Positions 47,545-58,116 of a DNA stretch of 64,000 bases are shown in pieces. Source of the stretch: an uncultured virus (IMG/VR IMGVR_UViG_3300046724_000456). Its lineage: Duplodnaviria; Heunggongvirae; Uroviricota; Caudoviricetes. Location of the stretch: the IMG/VR virus record IMGVR_UViG_3300046724_000456. The stretch is one strand, 5' to 3'. The notes below the pieces were generated by a model. It had not been told where the DNA came from, searched no databases, and saw only the letters and a program-made list of their open reading frames with translations. Positions within the stretch are counted from its first letter, which is position 1, and each line of letters starts with the position of its first letter. The translations under genes were made by a program, and so were the position numbers.

Positions 47545-48165
47545 ATGGACGCTAAAGCCGCAGAAGACCCGAAGCTACTGGCCCATTACGAGGGCCTTGT
47601 CCGCAAAACTGCAGGACGGTACGTGAACCGGCTGGAGGAGGACTACGAGGATGTGTGTCAGTTCCTCCGCTACAAGGTGTGGAAAGCACTGCTCTCTGTA
47701 GATCCGGAGCAATTACGAAAACGATCGCAGACCAGCCAGTACACACCGCTGGAACTGCGCGATCGCTACGTCTTCTCTTGCATTGCCAACGCCGTGAAGG
47801 ATCTTCTCAAGCGCAAAAAACACAATCTCCTCTTCATCGAGGACTACACAGCCACCGAGTTCGATGTCTACGAGAGTGGCAGCACAACCGGTGTCGGCAG
47901 AAACAGACGCGACGAGTTCGATGAGAGATATCTGTGCGAACAGGACACATTTACCGACGTTGACGTGGAGGTTCTCATCCCGTCGACGTTGACGCGCGCC
48001 GAGCGGGAGATCTTACTGCTGATGTATCTCGACTACAAACCCGCCGAGATCGCGGCGCAGAAGGCGGTTCCGCGGAAAGAGATCTCAGCCGCGATGAAGA
48101 CGATCCGAGAGAAGATGGCCGACTGGAGCCCCAGCCACGACCAACAGGTTCCGGTCGCGGCTTGA
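47545..48165 (+). CDS. Sigma-70 family (ECF-size) RNA polymerase sigma factor
   Basis: Region 2 (YEGLVRKTA...YEDVCQ...WKAL...IANAVKDLLK) and region 4 (LTRAEREIL...AEIA...IREKM). Confidence 0.8.
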   Translation: MDAKAAEDPKLLAHYEGLVRKTAGRYVNRLEEDYEDVCQFLRYKVWKALLSVDPEQLRKRSQTSQYTPLELRDRYVFSCIANAVKDLLKRKKHNLLFIEDYTATEFDVYESGSTTGVGRNRRDEFDERYLCEQDTFTDVDVEVLIPSTLTRAEREILLLMYLDYKPAEIAAQKAVPRKEISAAMKTIREKMADWSPSHDQQVPVAA

Positions 48166-48166
48166 C

Positions 48167-48361
48167 ATGCGCCGGAAGCTCATCTGCCGGGGGTGCGGGG
48201 GCACGGTTCGAGACCCAGGGATGTGCGGCTTTTGCAGGGAGGAACGCGGCGAGCAGGTGGTGCCCGACGAGCCGGCGCGGCCGAACACCGCCGGCGAGCA
48301 ACGGCTGAACACTGCGCTCATGCGCACCAACGAGTTCCAGAAAAACTGGGGGCTGGTCTAG
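48167..48361 (+). CDS. Small zinc-finger protein
   Basis: CRGCG...CGFC. Confidence 0.55.
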   Translation: MRRKLICRGCGGTVRDPGMCGFCREERGEQVVPDEPARPNTAGEQRLNTALMRTNEFQKNWGLV

Positions 48362-49240
48362 AGCAGTCTCTCTTGCTCGTGCTGCAGGGTGTAGCGCCGG
48401 CGCAGTTCCTTGATTGTAATTTCGTCGATGCGGTAGCCGGGCCGGGTGAAGCGTTCGATCTTGCAGGTGTGTATGCCGATCTCCAGGATCTGAATGTGCG
48501 GGCTGGTGGCGCGCAGACGGCTCGGATCCTTCGCGACCCAGGTCTGGCCGGGTGCTGGCCTCACTGCATCGGTGAGTAGTTGAGCCAGAGCTGGGCCGAG
48601 GTCGAGTAGATGGCCACGCCGCGGCGCTCTTCCGCCCGTCTGACGTCATTGGCTGTGATCTTGCCCGGTAGGTCGAGCCTGGTCTGGTAGGCCCGAGAGA
48701 CGGGCGTTCCGTCTCTCTCCATGGTCGTGACGATGAAGACGCAGTTCACGACTTCTCGCCTCCTGTAGTGGAGAGAGCGGCACGCAGGCGGGTCGCAAGC
48801 TCTCGGCACTTCGCAGTATCGGCACCGTCGCGCCACTCTTCGCCGGGGGTGCCGCTTGAGCCTGTGCGGGCTTCCAGTTCTCCGACAACATCAAGGATTT
48901 GCTCGCGGGTCTCCTCCCACTCAGAACGTAGATGGGGAAGGGCGGCTTCGACTGCGGGCCGCGTTCTCTCGCAGAGAGCTTGTTTTGTTGTCTTGGAGAG
49001 ATGCCACCAGGCGAGTTCGCTGTAGCGTGCTTCGAAGATCACCCTGGCTACTGCCTCAACAGCCTTGCCAGGGACTGCCGCCTTCTGCTGACCGTCGACC
49101 ATCTCCACTTCCACCCGCTCGCGGCGGTATTCGAGGGCTTCCGCGAGCACCTCTTGAACGTCCATTGCTGTCAGCCCCTGGGAACCCGTATCGGTTTTCA
49201 CTAGGAAGCAGACCGGGCTGTTCTGTCGAGACTGGTTCAT
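48358..49240 (-). CDS. Three coupled small hypothetical genes (48746-49240, 48561-48749, 48358-48564)
   Basis: Successive RTGA start/stop overlaps downstream of the recombinase. Confidence 0.55.
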
Positions 49241-50208
49241 GCGACCTGACTCTCGAACTGGTCCTCGTAGCGTTCCACATCGCGCTGGACATCGTCGACC
49301 ACGAGCTCGGCGTAGCCCTGGGTCTCGGAGATGTTGGCGTGGCCGAGCAGGCGGGAGACGCGCTCGATCGGCATCCCGGCGCGCAGCCAGTTGGTCGCGC
49401 ACGTATGCCGCATCCTGTGCAGCGTGAAGTCGCCGGCGTCGCGCAGATACATGGAGAAGCGCCGGAAGTCCATCGGTCGCAGCCAGACGCCCTCAGGACC
49501 GATCCTGGTGAGCGAGAGCCACGGTCGATCGTGCTTGGGCTTCAGTTCGGTGCGGAACTCGATCCAATCTTTCACTGCGGCGCGCGCTGCCTTGGTGTAG
49601 GGCACCTCACGGAACTTCTCGCCCTTGCCTTCGCGCACCACGATGTAGGCGTTGTCGTAGTGCATGTCGTCGAGCGAGAGGTCGAAGATCTCGCTGCGCC
49701 TGAGTCCGCAGTCGAGCGCGATCCTGGCGACGGCGGTGAGCTGCAGCCGGTGGGCGTGCGGTTCGATCCGTTTGTAGGCCGACGTTCCGCGCTTGAAGCG
49801 GGCTCGCCATTTTCCATCCGAATCGGATGGATATTGCTTGGCGATCGCGGGCCAGAGCTTCTTGATCTCCTTCGAGGAGTAGGGGCGCGGCAGTCGCTTC
49901 TTGATGTCCGGGAACTTGGCACGTTTGATGGTCAGGTACTCGTCGCTGGAGTAGAGGCCGGCGTCAAAGGCCCAGCCGAAGAATGGGCGCACGAGCATTC
50001 CGTACTTGCGGACGGTGATCGGCGCGAGGTTACTCTCGTTCAGTGAGAAGAGCCAACGCTTGTAGCCATCGCCAGTGCAGTCGAGCGGGTCAGACACCCC
50101 GACGAACTGACACAGATGCGCGAGCGCTTTGCCTTGTTCACGGCAGCGGCATATGGTCAGGCCATTGTAGTCCTGATACTCAGCTTTGAAGCGGTCGAGT
50201 GAGTTCAT
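49237..50208 (-). CDS. Tyrosine recombinase (XerC/integrase family)
   Basis: GLRRSEI, GKG, HRMRHTCAT, LLGHANISETQGY: complete R-K-H-R-H-Y set. Confidence 0.95.
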   Translation of the reverse strand: MNSLDRFKAEYQDYNGLTICRCREQGKALAHLCQFVGVSDPLDCTGDGYKRWLFSLNESNLAPITVRKYGMLVRPFFGWAFDAGLYSSDEYLTIKRAKFPDIKKRLPRPYSSKEIKKLWPAIAKQYPSDSDGKWRARFKRGTSAYKRIEPHAHRLQLTAVARIALDCGLRRSEIFDLSLDDMHYDNAYIVVREGKGEKFREVPYTKAARAAVKDWIEFRTELKPKHDRPWLSLTRIGPEGVWLRPMDFRRFSMYLRDAGDFTLHRMRHTCATNWLRAGMPIERVSRLLGHANISETQGYAELVVDDVQRDVERYEDQFESQVA

Positions 50209-50396
50209 GCGCCTGGAGGGACGTAGCGCTCATTCACTCTGGCAGCGAAGGCCTCAGCGTGCTGATTGGCCTTCCAGCCTTCACCCGGGCCTCGGAAGAA
50301 CAGGCCTTTGTGCATGAAGAAGATGACCCATCGCGAGGGTTGACGAGGATCTTTGCCGACCCAGAAGGGTGCGCGAATGGTGTATTTAGGGCTCAA
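50205..50396 (-). CDS. Hypothetical protein
   Basis: 63-aa ORF coupled on both sides. Confidence 0.5.
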   Translation of the reverse strand: MSPKYTIRAPFWVGKDPRQPSRWVIFFMHKGLFFRGPGEGWKANQHAEAFAARVNERYVPPGA

Positions 50397-51040
50397 TCGT
50401 CCCCCTCCCCCAGGAGTTTCGGGTCGGCGACGTCGGCCGGGTCGATGCCTAGCTGCTCGGCCTTCGAGACGACCATCGCCTCAATGTCAGCTCGGGCGCG
50501 CTGTACAACGTTCTCGGCGTGCTCACTCAGGCTATTCGCGGCGAATCTCATGTTGCCTGGGGCATTTTTGATCGCGTACTCCAAAGTGCGCCGGTTGGCG
50601 TCAGTCTTGTGCGCCTGGTAGGTGGAGAACGCCGCCTGGATCTCCTCAAGAGCCTTCTCGGCGGCACGGCCGACCTCGTCCATTGAGACGGCTAGGCGCG
50701 GGTCGTGCTCGACTCCGGGCATGGGCTCCGCGCCGACATGCTCGATGGTGCAGGGCACGCCGTCGCCCACGTTCATCGTGGAGACGAACGAGGCCCACTG
50801 TGCCTCGCTCATCGCGACCGCCACGATCTCCCCGCGGCCATGCTTAAAGTCATGACCAAGATCCCGCTTGCGCGTGGCACGCTTGAGCCGCACAACGACG
50901 TAATGTTGGTGGCGAATGTCGCTATCGAACAGCGTCGCCCCAGGCGAACTACTTGAGACGCGCGACGCGCCGATCATTCCCCACGCGGGGTGTGTTTCGT
51001 CGCCGTCGGTTATCGTCGGCTTCACCGTCTCGCGACTCAC
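50393..51040 (-). CDS. Conserved phage hypothetical protein
   Basis: HPAWGMIGASRVS...LFDSDIRH...MSEAQWASFVSTMNVGDGVPCT, recalled as a recurrent phage family of unknown function. Confidence 0.7.
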   Translation of the reverse strand: MSRETVKPTITDGDETHPAWGMIGASRVSSSSPGATLFDSDIRHQHYVVVRLKRATRKRDLGHDFKHGRGEIVAVAMSEAQWASFVSTMNVGDGVPCTIEHVGAEPMPGVEHDPRLAVSMDEVGRAAEKALEEIQAAFSTYQAHKTDANRRTLEYAIKNAPGNMRFAANSLSEHAENVVQRARADIEAMVVSKAEQLGIDPADVADPKLLGEGDD

Positions 51041-52170
51041 GCCAGTTCCTTCGCTCGCTCGATGCCGGCGTCCGTGAGGATGCGACCCTGACCGATCTGA
51101 ATATAGCCCTGCTCGATGAGATAGGGCTCCACGCGCAGGCTAATGGCCTTCGAGTCGCGGCTCTTGCCGATGCCGGTCGCGATGGTGTTCACGGAAGCAT
51201 GGTAGGTCGTGCCGCGCGGCGTCTCATGCTTACCTTTGGTAAGTAGAAAGACGAGCATCCGCTGCATGTCGACGGTCAACCCGTCTTCGGTGACGCCGTT
51301 CATCTCGTGCAGCACTTCGCGCGCGACGTCATCAGCGACCACTTTGTCCTCAATCAGGAGCGCAGCATTCTTCACGTAGTTGTTCACCTGACGGGGGGTA
51401 CCGCGGGCGGCTTTCGCGAACACCATCGCCGCGGTCGGCGTGACGACGATGCCCAGCTTCTCACCGTTCCAGCGCGCCATGCCGGCCAGCGCCTCCACGG
51501 TGTAGGGCTCAAGCAAAGGCCGGATCGGGAAGCGCGCAAGGAAGGGATCCGGAAGCATCCCCTCGTCGGTTGTGGTGCCGATGATCGTGATCTCCGGGAA
51601 GTCGAGCAGGCCGGCACCGGAAGGCATGACGCGGTCCTCCATGATCGCGTACAGAACCTCAGGCTGCGTCGCCGTCGATTTGCCGCGGCGCTCCATCACT
51701 GCCTGTTGGTGGATCTCCTCAATCCTCAGGATGTCGCGGTCGCGCATAGTCGTTCGAAGTTCAAGCAGTGTGTCGCGCGAAACCGGAGCCTCCACCTCGT
51801 AGACGTCGACGCCCATCTCATTGGCAATGACGTGCGAGAACGTCGACTTGCCAGTGCCGGCGGCTCCGACCAGGAGGGTATGGTCGAGCGGCTGATTACG
51901 GCGCTCGCAGGCGCTGACGACGCGGCGCATCATCGCTACTGCGGCGTCCTGACCGAGCACTTCGTCGAAGCGTTCGGGGCGAAGTGGGTTGCGCGATCGG
52001 TCGTCTGAATGGACGGGCATCGGCGCTTCGCTCGGGGTATCTGCCTTACCTGCCTGTTGTAGGCGTGCGAGCAGATCATCACGGCCGCGAAGTGCGTCCA
52101 GCTCCGCTTGGAGCTGCGTCTGTGTCGGCCAGACGGGCGCGGTTTGAATGGTCGGCCGCGTGCCGCTCAT
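51037..52170 (-). CDS. ruvB: RuvB-like Holliday junction branch-migration ATPase
   Basis: LRPERFDEVLGQ, LDHTLLVGAAGTGKST, IEEIH, EVLYAIMED, IGTTT..GMLPDPFLARF, RGTPR, VEPYLIEQGYI. Confidence 0.85.
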   Translation of the reverse strand: MSGTRPTIQTAPVWPTQTQLQAELDALRGRDDLLARLQQAGKADTPSEAPMPVHSDDRSRNPLRPERFDEVLGQDAAVAMMRRVVSACERRNQPLDHTLLVGAAGTGKSTFSHVIANEMGVDVYEVEAPVSRDTLLELRTTMRDRDILRIEEIHQQAVMERRGKSTATQPEVLYAIMEDRVMPSGAGLLDFPEITIIGTTTDEGMLPDPFLARFPIRPLLEPYTVEALAGMARWNGEKLGIVVTPTAAMVFAKAARGTPRQVNNYVKNAALLIEDKVVADDVAREVLHEMNGVTEDGLTVDMQRMLVFLLTKGKHETPRGTTYHASVNTIATGIGKSRDSKAISLRVEPYLIEQGYIQIGQGRILTDAGIERAKELA

Positions 52171-52574
52171 CGGTTCATTACCCAGAGCATCGCGCGTTTG
52201 CAGGGTCCGGGAACAAAAGTCACTTCCGGATACATGATGCTGCGCGGATTGGAACTGTGTACGTGGCCTGTTAGATGTCCCACCTCGTGGAAGGTTACTG
52301 CGCACGCCATCTCGAAATAAGACGGCTGCGCGAGCTGGCGAACAAGGTAGAGAAAGCACGGCTGCGGTTCAGTCGGAATTGTCGCCTCGCCGCGCAGATC
52401 GCCCAGCGACCCGTTCGGCACGATCTCCATGTCGACGGAAGTGCAGTTCGGTTCACCCCAATGCGCCACGGCAAGCCGATACGCCATGTTCAGGTTCGGC
52501 GTGAACGGCGCGGCGTGCGCGGCCGGCGCGAATAGGCCAAGCGCGAGCCCGGCGACGAGCAGAGCGCGTCTCAT
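52167..52574 (-). CDS. Secreted matrixin-like metallopeptidase
   Basis: Signal peptide ending AHA; HEVGHLTGHVHS and SIMYP Met-turn. Confidence 0.8.
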   Translation of the reverse strand: MRRALLVAGLALGLFAPAAHAAPFTPNLNMAYRLAVAHWGEPNCTSVDMEIVPNGSLGDLRGEATIPTEPQPCFLYLVRQLAQPSYFEMACAVTFHEVGHLTGHVHSSNPRSIMYPEVTFVPGPCKRAMLWVMNR

Positions 52575-54985
52575 ACTTGGCCGGCCACGAGTCGACGGTG
52601 CATCTCAGCGGTTAGGGCATCCTCTTGGCAGCGAAGATCCAGCAGCGCGTCTGTGTTTCCCTGCTCCCACGCCATGCCGATTTGCTCCGCGGTAAGCCCC
52701 TGACGTCGACGGATCTCCGCGGTCGTCAAAGTCGGGTAGAACTCCGCGGCCTCAGCCGTCGTCTGCTCTGTCCACTCGCGGGTCACTGGGCAAGCTCTTC
52801 GATCTCGACGCGCAGCTCTGCCAGTGCGTTGATGTCCGCGTCGGACGCTGCAATGCGACGCTTGGCATTGTACTTTCGAGCCTTTGGCAGCACGTCGGGG
52901 CACTCACGCTTGACGTACTGCTCACTGAGCGGTGGGCACTCATTCATGAATCGAAGGGTAAGGCGAGTTTTCTCACCATTGGTAAGACCTTCGAATTCAG
53001 TGCGCGCTTTTTTCATCTCGGCGCGCCGTTTGTCGACGGTCTTAGTCACTTGCGGACCAGTACCTTGCGACCGTTAATCAGTGTCCCGTAGCGGCGTTTG
53101 CCCTTTGGCAGCACGGCATAAATGCCACCATCGTGGCCCACGAGTCGAGCGTCGTCCCACTCTTGCCAGTCCGGTCCGCGCATTCCCTGCTCATCGTCAT
53201 AAACAATGACATGGGAGAACTTTGTTGTCTCTGGGACCGTGGAGATTGGCTCGCATCCATCGGCGATAGCGGTGTCGACGCGGAGCTTTACCTGCTCGGC
53301 TCGATACAGCTTCTGCAGTAGATAGATGGCCGCTTCCTCGTGCGTACCCTGACTCGGCCCACGCTTCTCAGTATTCGCAATGCCGGGGATGCGATTCTTG
53401 AATGAATCGTTGTAAGGGTATTTGCCGGCGGCGACTATCTCACTGTGAATGGAGGTGAACTCTGCAAGCCATGGTCTAACTTGCTCCAGATCGTTGTAGT
53501 CATTGTTGAACCGGAATGTCATGTTACGCTCCATATCGAGTCGCGAACGGATTGAAGCCGCACCTGCGCGTCGCGCGGGTCCTCAACTACACCGATGGGG
53601 ATGCTTTCGTTTAGCGCCTTCGCGACTTCGCGAGCTCGGCGCTCATCCATGTAGTCAAGATCCTGCAAGCCGAATCCCTGCCGGCAGACACCCCAGCCGA
53701 ACGTTTTGTGCGGTCGACCAAACTGCTCTTCCCAGAGCTCGATGGCATAGCGATTGTTCGCGTCCAGGTCGAGCGCGAGGTAACGGCCATACATCGCGGG
53801 ATGAGTGGGGACGCCCTCTTCCTTGCCGGCCATATTGACGAAAGGAATGCACACCGGCCCGTGCTGGCGCGGGATCTCAAAGTGGCTCATGTAGCAGGCC
53901 AATGTTTGATTACGCGAGAGACACAGAGATTGCCTTTCGCGTCGTAGTGGCCCTTGACCATCCACCATGTCGGATGACTACCATACGTTTGGTATATCGC
54001 CAAGCCGATCATACCGGACCCCTAGAATACGGCGTGATGGTGACACGGAAGCGGTCGAGACTGATTCGGGCCTCACCATCGCGCGACGCGCGTTCCAGGT
54101 AGCTGTTCACCGTCATGCGGGTCAGCATCGTGTCGGGGAGGCCGGCGAACTCCATTAGCGCCGTTCGCGGGTCCGTGCGCGCCGGGTCGACCACGAGTTG
54201 GCCGAGACCGCGGTACTTGTCCGCCGGCGTGCCTTTGACGAATCGGTAGCCGTTCACTAGCTACGCGCCTCCCTGAACCGCTCTTCGATTTTGTCGACGG
54301 CAGGGCCGAGAAATTCCTCCCATAGCTTGTCAACGTCCATCGAGTAGAGATTATCGCCGGCGCTCGTGTCGAACTGGAATTCGCCGCGGTCTTCCATCGT
54401 CCCGAGCAGTCCGCCGATCACGCAGCCGGCATCGTGGCTATCACTGACGCCGACCCGGTAGGAGGTAATCACGTGTCCGCAGTTCGGGCAGTGATCCGTG
54501 TTCGCGGCGGCGTCGACCACGAGCTCACCGAAACGGCGAATGTGCTCGCCGACTTCCGCGCTTGCCTCAAACACGAGCAGAAGGAAATTATCCCGCTCCA
54601 GTGTCTCTTCTGACCCGGGATTGGTAAGTGTCTCCGGGAGCCAGTTCTCTGTGCCGCCGACGGCGAGCCAGCCACTGGAGCGGCCGGCACTGTAGGCGGC
54701 AGTAAATCCCAGCGCTTTCGCGCGCTCATCCATCAAGCGCCAGAAATCTTCCTGAACGCCCTGATAGATCGCTTCGACCATCGACTCATCTACCACGTCG
54801 AGCGCATTTTGTACTGCGATGGGATATGTCGAGCGGATATTGTGATCCCGCACGTCGACGGCGAGCATATCCTCGCGCCGAGAGATTCGTATCGAGTGGC
54901 CTGACTCATTGTCAGTGACGGTAAGGTCACTGCCGGTAAAGCCACCGGTTGCACGAGGTGAGAATGAGTATCGACTCTCAGACAT
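52571..54985 (-). CDS. Leftward run of small hypothetical genes (54257-54985, 54009-54257, 53519-53890, 53046-53534, 52783-53049, 52571-52786)
   Basis: Abutting or overlapping ORFs on one strand; no recognisable domains. Confidence 0.6.
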
Positions 54986-55101
54986 ATCGAGCTTTCTGTC
55001 GAGAAGTTTATGGGTTCGGTTCCGGTAAATACACCCGGACCCGGGAACATCTCGCCGGCCTGTTCAGTATCCCAGAGTCGACGATATTTCTAAGGCTCTG
55101 T

Positions 55102-55251
55102 TCAGCTTGCTAGAGCCATTCGTCGCACTTTCCGGAGATTGGATCTAAGGATGCGTCCCCGTGAGTCGTGCGACGCGCTCACTGAGAGATAGACCGCAAG
55201 CCCTGCGAATGGAAGCCCAGCCAACATTATGAGCGCTGGGAGGGCTTCCAT
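55102..55251 (-). CDS. Small single-pass membrane protein
   Basis: MEALPALIMLAGLPFAGLAVYLSVSA followed by a basic tail. Confidence 0.4.
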   Translation of the reverse strand: MEALPALIMLAGLPFAGLAVYLSVSASHDSRGRILRSNLRKVRRMALAS

Positions 55252-55381
55252 ATCGCGAGGGTTGTCGGATTTATCTTGCATGGGACACATTCGGAGGAGT
55301 TGGGATTTTCCCAGCTCGCATGGTCTACCGTGGCGAGGGAACATAGAAATATGCTGACCATAGTATAAATGTCCGTAAGGC

Positions 55382-55410
55382 TTGATATATGTAGAGCGGT
55401 CGCCGATAAT
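55382..55410 (+). promoter_or_regulatory. SigA-type promoter, leaderless transcript
   Basis: TTGATA-N17-GATAAT, with ATG at 55417 six nt downstream; located at the divergence point. Confidence 0.65.
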
Positions 55411-55416
55411 GCATAC

Positions 55417-56335
55417 ATGGACGCATACGGAAGCACTACAGAAGATGAGAGCCAGAGCCTTAACGCTTGGCTGAATGGTGATGAGCCCAGCAAGCCGGAG
55501 CCATTGAAGCCCAGTATCTGGACAGGCACCCTGACGCAGGAGGCGAAATAATGCGCAAGTCAGCCATTGAGCAGATTCGGCTAGAAGCCAAGGCCGAAGC
55601 TTTCAAGCTCGCCGCGGAATTTGTCGACGGCCCAAAACTTGGCTTGACTCCCGCCGAGCACATTCACCAAATGGCGCGCACTAGCGCCCAGAACCTGGAG
55701 GAACATATCAGGCTCCATGGGGAGTATTGCCCATGATTGTCGGATATACATATCGAGCTGATATTTACTGCCCGGAGCACATTCGCGACCAGATACCGGC
55801 CGCGCCTACCGTCGGGACCGTAGAGGAATCGCTAGACCGCTTGGCGGCTCACCGGAATATCGACCGCGCGGACGAATACTCATTCGACTCCGACGATTTC
55901 CCTAAGCCGATCACGCAAGAATCAATCGAGCGGGAAGGCCGACTGAGTCAGTGCGGCGACTGCGGCGACGCGGTCGGCGTCGAGACTGACTCACTGATCC
56001 ACCATTGGGAGACGGAAGCCGCGCAGGCTGGCATTCAAGCCGCTAAGGATTCGGCGAGCTGGACCGTCGACGGTAATCAGGACGTGGCGGAGCGCGCGCG
56101 AGTCCTAGCGATGATGCGGGATGGAGATCCGCAAGCTTTCGATTACCTGCCGAGCTCGCCTGACCTTAGCGGGGAATGGGCGGATGGTCCGACGCCGCGG
56201 AGTATTGCGGTCGAGATCGCAGGCGCGGAGCCAAGCCCAGAGACCGTCGACGTTATCGCCGATGCATGGGAGTCTGGCGTGTCGGATGCTTTCGAGTCGG
56301 CGTGCGAAGCGGAATTAATCAAGTTTTGCGAGTAA
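55417..56335 (+). CDS. Three hypothetical genes (55417-55551, 55551-55736, ~55733-56335)
   Basis: Coupled ORFs after the promoter; the last has YRADIYCPEH and CGDCG motifs. Confidence 0.55.
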
Positions 56336-56354
56336 ATCGCATCTAACAAGGAAA

Positions 56355-57071
56355 GTGAGACATTCGGAGATCATGATTACTGACCACGTAAAAGATATGG
56401 CTGCGCGTCGCAGTGAGGACGCAGCAAGCCACGGATATAACGGCCGCAACGGAAAAGGCGCGGACCTACTGCGAAGCGTTGCGCAAGCCGTGAGAATCGC
56501 ATCACGCCGCGTAGAAGGTCTCTACGGCGTGCCGACAATCACAGCCGCGGAGCGCGCCGAATATACATCGGAGCTTGTCGGCCGCTTGCTTGGAGAAAAT
56601 GGCGGCAAGATCCCTGACGCAAAAAAGCTCGGCAAGGGATATCTTGCCAAGCGCGCGCAAGGAATCATCCTCAACGATCGCGATCGGCGGAACGTTGCCT
56701 ATAGCGAAGGGGACCACGCGGAGCCCAGTATCGGCGAGGCTGGCAGGGATTCGCGCCTAGACGGTCCGCTTTCCGTGCCTGTAGAGCTGGAAGCCGCGGC
56801 ACGTCGACTCCATCTATCGACGGCCGGCCAACGCGCGCTTATTGCTGCAGTCGTCCCAGCGACGCGCGAGGAATGGGCGGAGCATTACGGCTATTCCAAC
56901 GCCGATAGCTGGAAAACGATAGCCAAGCGGGGACGCGCCGAGCTGCGCGAGATCGGACAGCATACGCTCCGCAAGGCATTGCGCGCGGCTGAAGCTGCTA
57001 CGGTCGACCGTCTCGACATCGCCGAGAGTCGGCTGCGCGAGATGGTGGAAGGCATGGAGCAGGCGATATGA
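56355..57071 (+). CDS. Diverged ECF sigma-like/HTH protein
   Basis: LSTAGQRAL...TREEWAEHYGYS..SWKTIAKRGRAELRE resembles sigma region 4; YLAKRAQGIILNDRDRR resembles region 2. Confidence 0.45.
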   Translation: MRHSEIMITDHVKDMAARRSEDAASHGYNGRNGKGADLLRSVAQAVRIASRRVEGLYGVPTITAAERAEYTSELVGRLLGENGGKIPDAKKLGKGYLAKRAQGIILNDRDRRNVAYSEGDHAEPSIGEAGRDSRLDGPLSVPVELEAAARRLHLSTAGQRALIAAVVPATREEWAEHYGYSNADSWKTIAKRGRAELREIGQHTLRKALRAAEAATVDRLDIAESRLREMVEGMEQAI

Positions 57072-57502
57072 CCAAGGCAGAAGAGAAGGCAGCCGAGCAG
57101 AAAGCCGCGGTGCGTGAGCTCCGCAAGATCGTGAAGCCGGGCGATACGTTGCATACGATCCTGCGGCACGTCAGTAGGTCGGGCATGTCGCGCAGCATCT
57201 CGGTGGTGAAGGTCGACAAGCGCGGCGGGATCCGTCAGCTTGACTATCTCGTCGCTATTGCGCTGGATCGCAAGGTCGACGATCATCGAGAAGGCATTAA
57301 GATCGGCGGCGCAGGCATGGACATGGGTTTCGCGCTCGTCTATGAGATCAGCGCGAAGCTCTACGGCTATGGCAATCCACGCGGCTACCGTTGCCTAGGC
57401 GATAGGTGTCCGAGCAATAGCCACGTCAATGATCGCAACGCACCTAGTGGGAAGGATGTACGCCACAAGGATGGCTATGCCATCTCGCATCGCTGGATGT
57501 AG
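57068..57502 (+). CDS. Conserved phage hypothetical protein
   Basis: KPGDTLHTILRHVSRSGMSRSISV...GGAGMDMGF motif. Confidence 0.7.
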   Translation: MTKAEEKAAEQKAAVRELRKIVKPGDTLHTILRHVSRSGMSRSISVVKVDKRGGIRQLDYLVAIALDRKVDDHREGIKIGGAGMDMGFALVYEISAKLYGYGNPRGYRCLGDRCPSNSHVNDRNAPSGKDVRHKDGYAISHRWM

Positions 57503-58102
57503 CGACGTCAGATAGTTAGCGTCGACGGCGCGCGAGAAGGGACACACTTCCCTTAGCCGTATCACCAGCATCCAAGAGAAGTAGCGTTTACAGCCCTAGT
57601 CGGCTTTCACAGCGGCTAGGGCTTTCGCTTGCAGGCACGGCTTAGGCGTGGTGGATATCTGACAGGGACGTTGACAGATACAACACACACACTGACACTT
57701 GCGACACGATTTAGCGGAATCCGGGCTTAGATTCGGAAACGAACACTTGCGAGCTCCGACTATGTAACACATACGCACAATGTTTAGTGCCTACAGCGGA
57801 CATCGTCCCTTAGAAACTGATGTAAGACCCCTCGGGTTTCCAGCGCCCAAATACGCACGCTCGAATAGACCCCATCGCACCCACACGCTCGCTACATCTC
57901 GAAAAAAATATGCAGTGCTGTAAATTTCTCCAATCATCTAGAAATTTCACACCCCTCCCCGAACCCGCCGCAGACCCCCGGAATCCGGCCACCTCCCCCA
58001 CCCAGCCGCCGTTCAGGCCGCTGGAACCCCCGCCAGACCCTCGAAAAACAGCCGAGGCCGAGAACGAGGCAGTGCGCGCCGCCGGCACGAGTGCGCGCCC
58101 AG

Positions 58103-58116
58103 GTTCCACGTGGAAC
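58103..58116. promoter_or_regulatory. parS-like palindrome
   Basis: Perfect 14-bp palindrome GTTCCACGTGGAAC, close to the chromosomal parS core GTT(T/C)CACGTG(A/G)AAC. Confidence 0.65.

Noticed and set aside
55399..55425. dif-like site (GTCGCCGATAA arm) for the tyrosine recombinase
   Set aside because: No TTATGT-type right arm; better explained as the -10 of a promoter.
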